The notes below the pieces were generated by a model. The model was not told where the DNA came from. It saw only the letters and a program-made list of their open reading frames with translations, and did not search any database. From positions 1-10,467 of the forward strand of contig NW_021827406.1 in NCBI RefSeq assembly GCF_006345805.1: a DNA stretch of 10,467 nt. The letters are read 5' to 3'. Of the stretch, positions 9,146-10,467 are shown in pieces. The stretch is from Octopus sinensis (lineage: Eukaryota). A program made the translations under genes and the position numbers. Within the stretch, counting starts at the first letter, position 1. Every line of letters starts with the position of its first letter.

Positions 9146-9365
9146 GCGGTGAGCTTGCAGAATCGTTAGCTCGCCGACAAAATGCTTAACGGCGTTTCGT
9201 CAGTCTTTACGTTCTGAGTTCAAATTCTGCCGAGGTTGACTTTGCCTTTCATTCTTTCCAGGTCGATAAATTAATAATCACTGAAATACTGGGGTAGATA
9301 TAATCGACTAGTCCCCTCCCCCCAAATTTCAGACCTTGTGCTTATAGTAGAAAGGATTATTATTA
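9146..9365 (+). mobile_element. Full-length OK/OR1-like SINE with a short (TTA) tail
   Basis: Head gcggtgagcttgcagaatcgttagc; B-box gagttcaaattc; 3' end ccttgtgcttatagtagaaaggattattatta, which matches the third unit of the 4245 element. Confidence 0.9.
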
Positions 9366-9619
9366 GTAGTTGTATTATTTGCTATAATATTTACCATTTT
9401 GAGTATTTTTAAAGTAATTAAAAATAATTTCTCTGTAATTAATTACTAAACACATTGACCAGAATGCTGCACATGTCATTGTAAGTTGTGCTGCTGGAAA
9501 CGCAAAGAAATCTGTCCATGAAGAGTTTGGGTGAGCTGGAGCACAGAAACTTCGATCCTCGAAGTTGTGCGGCTGGAATCCTACAGTCGGCTATTTCTTA
9601 AAATTTCCTCTCGAAACGG

Positions 9620-9946
9620 TTGATCGAAGACAAAGTGGAGATTATACCTAGATTTGGTAAAGGTTTCATCTACTTCACGAGAGGTGACCATCAGTATTTG
9701 ACGGCGCTCCTCAGAGCAGCCGATTTCCGTCCAGTTCCCAGAAAAGAAAGTGTTACGATGTATAACATTATCTGTTCCATTATCAGATTAACGAAATTCC
9801 GACCGGATCTGTTTCGAATCATACGCTCATTTCATAAAGGATATTGTCCCTCATCACTTTTATGTTTTGAATTTTGTGTCATTGCATGAGGTGAATGTAG
9901 GAGAACATTCAATGGAGTCTGCCGTATGATATTGGTACTTTTTTAA
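9620..9946 (+). pseudogene. Possible heavily decayed RTE-clade LINE reverse-transcriptase remnant
   Basis: One reading frame carries, in order, IIPRFGKG (9641), DFRP (9722), RIIRSFHKG (~9815-9841) and, after a stop, GECRRTF-NGV (9890-9919). These resemble the RTE RT motifs I[IV]P.[FY]KKG, GFR[PA], IIRSFH.G and GE.S..F.V.NGV. The spacing requires large deletions. Confidence 0.4.
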
Positions 9947-10124
9947 AGAGTAAATTTTGGACCACCTATATGTTCACGTGAGCTGCGAGTAATCAAAAAC
10001 AAAATCTCGCTCAAATCATAGCATAGAAAGAAAATTACATTTTCTTTCATTCAGCTATTTTCCACGTTTTCTCATGCTCCATTCCACATAAACGTTCATC
10101 GGTTTTAACGTTTCTCCTTGTAGT

Positions 10125-10162
10125 GTCCCTCTGATCGGCAGCCCCTGTGGCAAATAAAGAAA
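10125..10162 (+). mobile_element. Possible short 3'-tail fragment of the OK/OR1-like SINE unit
   Basis: gtccctctgatcggcagcccctgtggcaaataaagaaa resembles gtcccctctatgtttagcccgttgtgggtaataaagaaa (~4436-4474). The match is short and gapped. Confidence 0.3.
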
Positions 10163-10467
10163 GCGCTATCAAGTTTGTTATTATTCACCTTATTAATCTT
10201 GTTATTCTCCATGTGATTATCACCCTCTCCCTCCCAAATAAATGTGACCTCTCTCTCCTCTCTCTCGCATCTTATAAATATCCTTCAAGTCATTACTCCC
10301 TCCTCGTTCTTACTGTCCTCCACCAATAACTCAAACCCTTCCATTCATATTAATCTTGTTAGAGCAATCAAATGAATTCGAATGCCGTTGCGACAAAATA
10401 CTTAAGAAATGATCCTTAAAAGCACAGCTTCGGTAATTAATCTTATTATTTACTCGTCGACAGAAAA

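Overview
This is a repeat-dense, AT-rich eukaryotic non-coding window (intergenic or intronic). I can support no intact protein-coding gene; most listed ORFs are translations of microsatellites. The SINE families and the abundant (AT)n/(AAT)n/(CAT)n/(ATAC)n tracts resemble those of octopus genomes, which is an inference from recalled repeat consensus sequences, not a search. The window holds several tRNA-derived SINEs of three types, a 379-bp non-autonomous Helitron with both termini intact, a pogo/Tigger transposase C-terminal remnant, a possible decayed RTE reverse-transcriptase remnant, and two non-coding inserts in an (AAT)n tract. Three signals stand out. (1) A complete minimal type-I hammerhead ribozyme motif with a palindromic stem III at 3545-3606, the form typical of Penelope-like retroelements. 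(2) A ~115-bp duplication of an interrupted (AAT)n pattern on both sides of a 51-bp insert. (3) A perfect spacerless 74-bp palindrome at 6684-6757.
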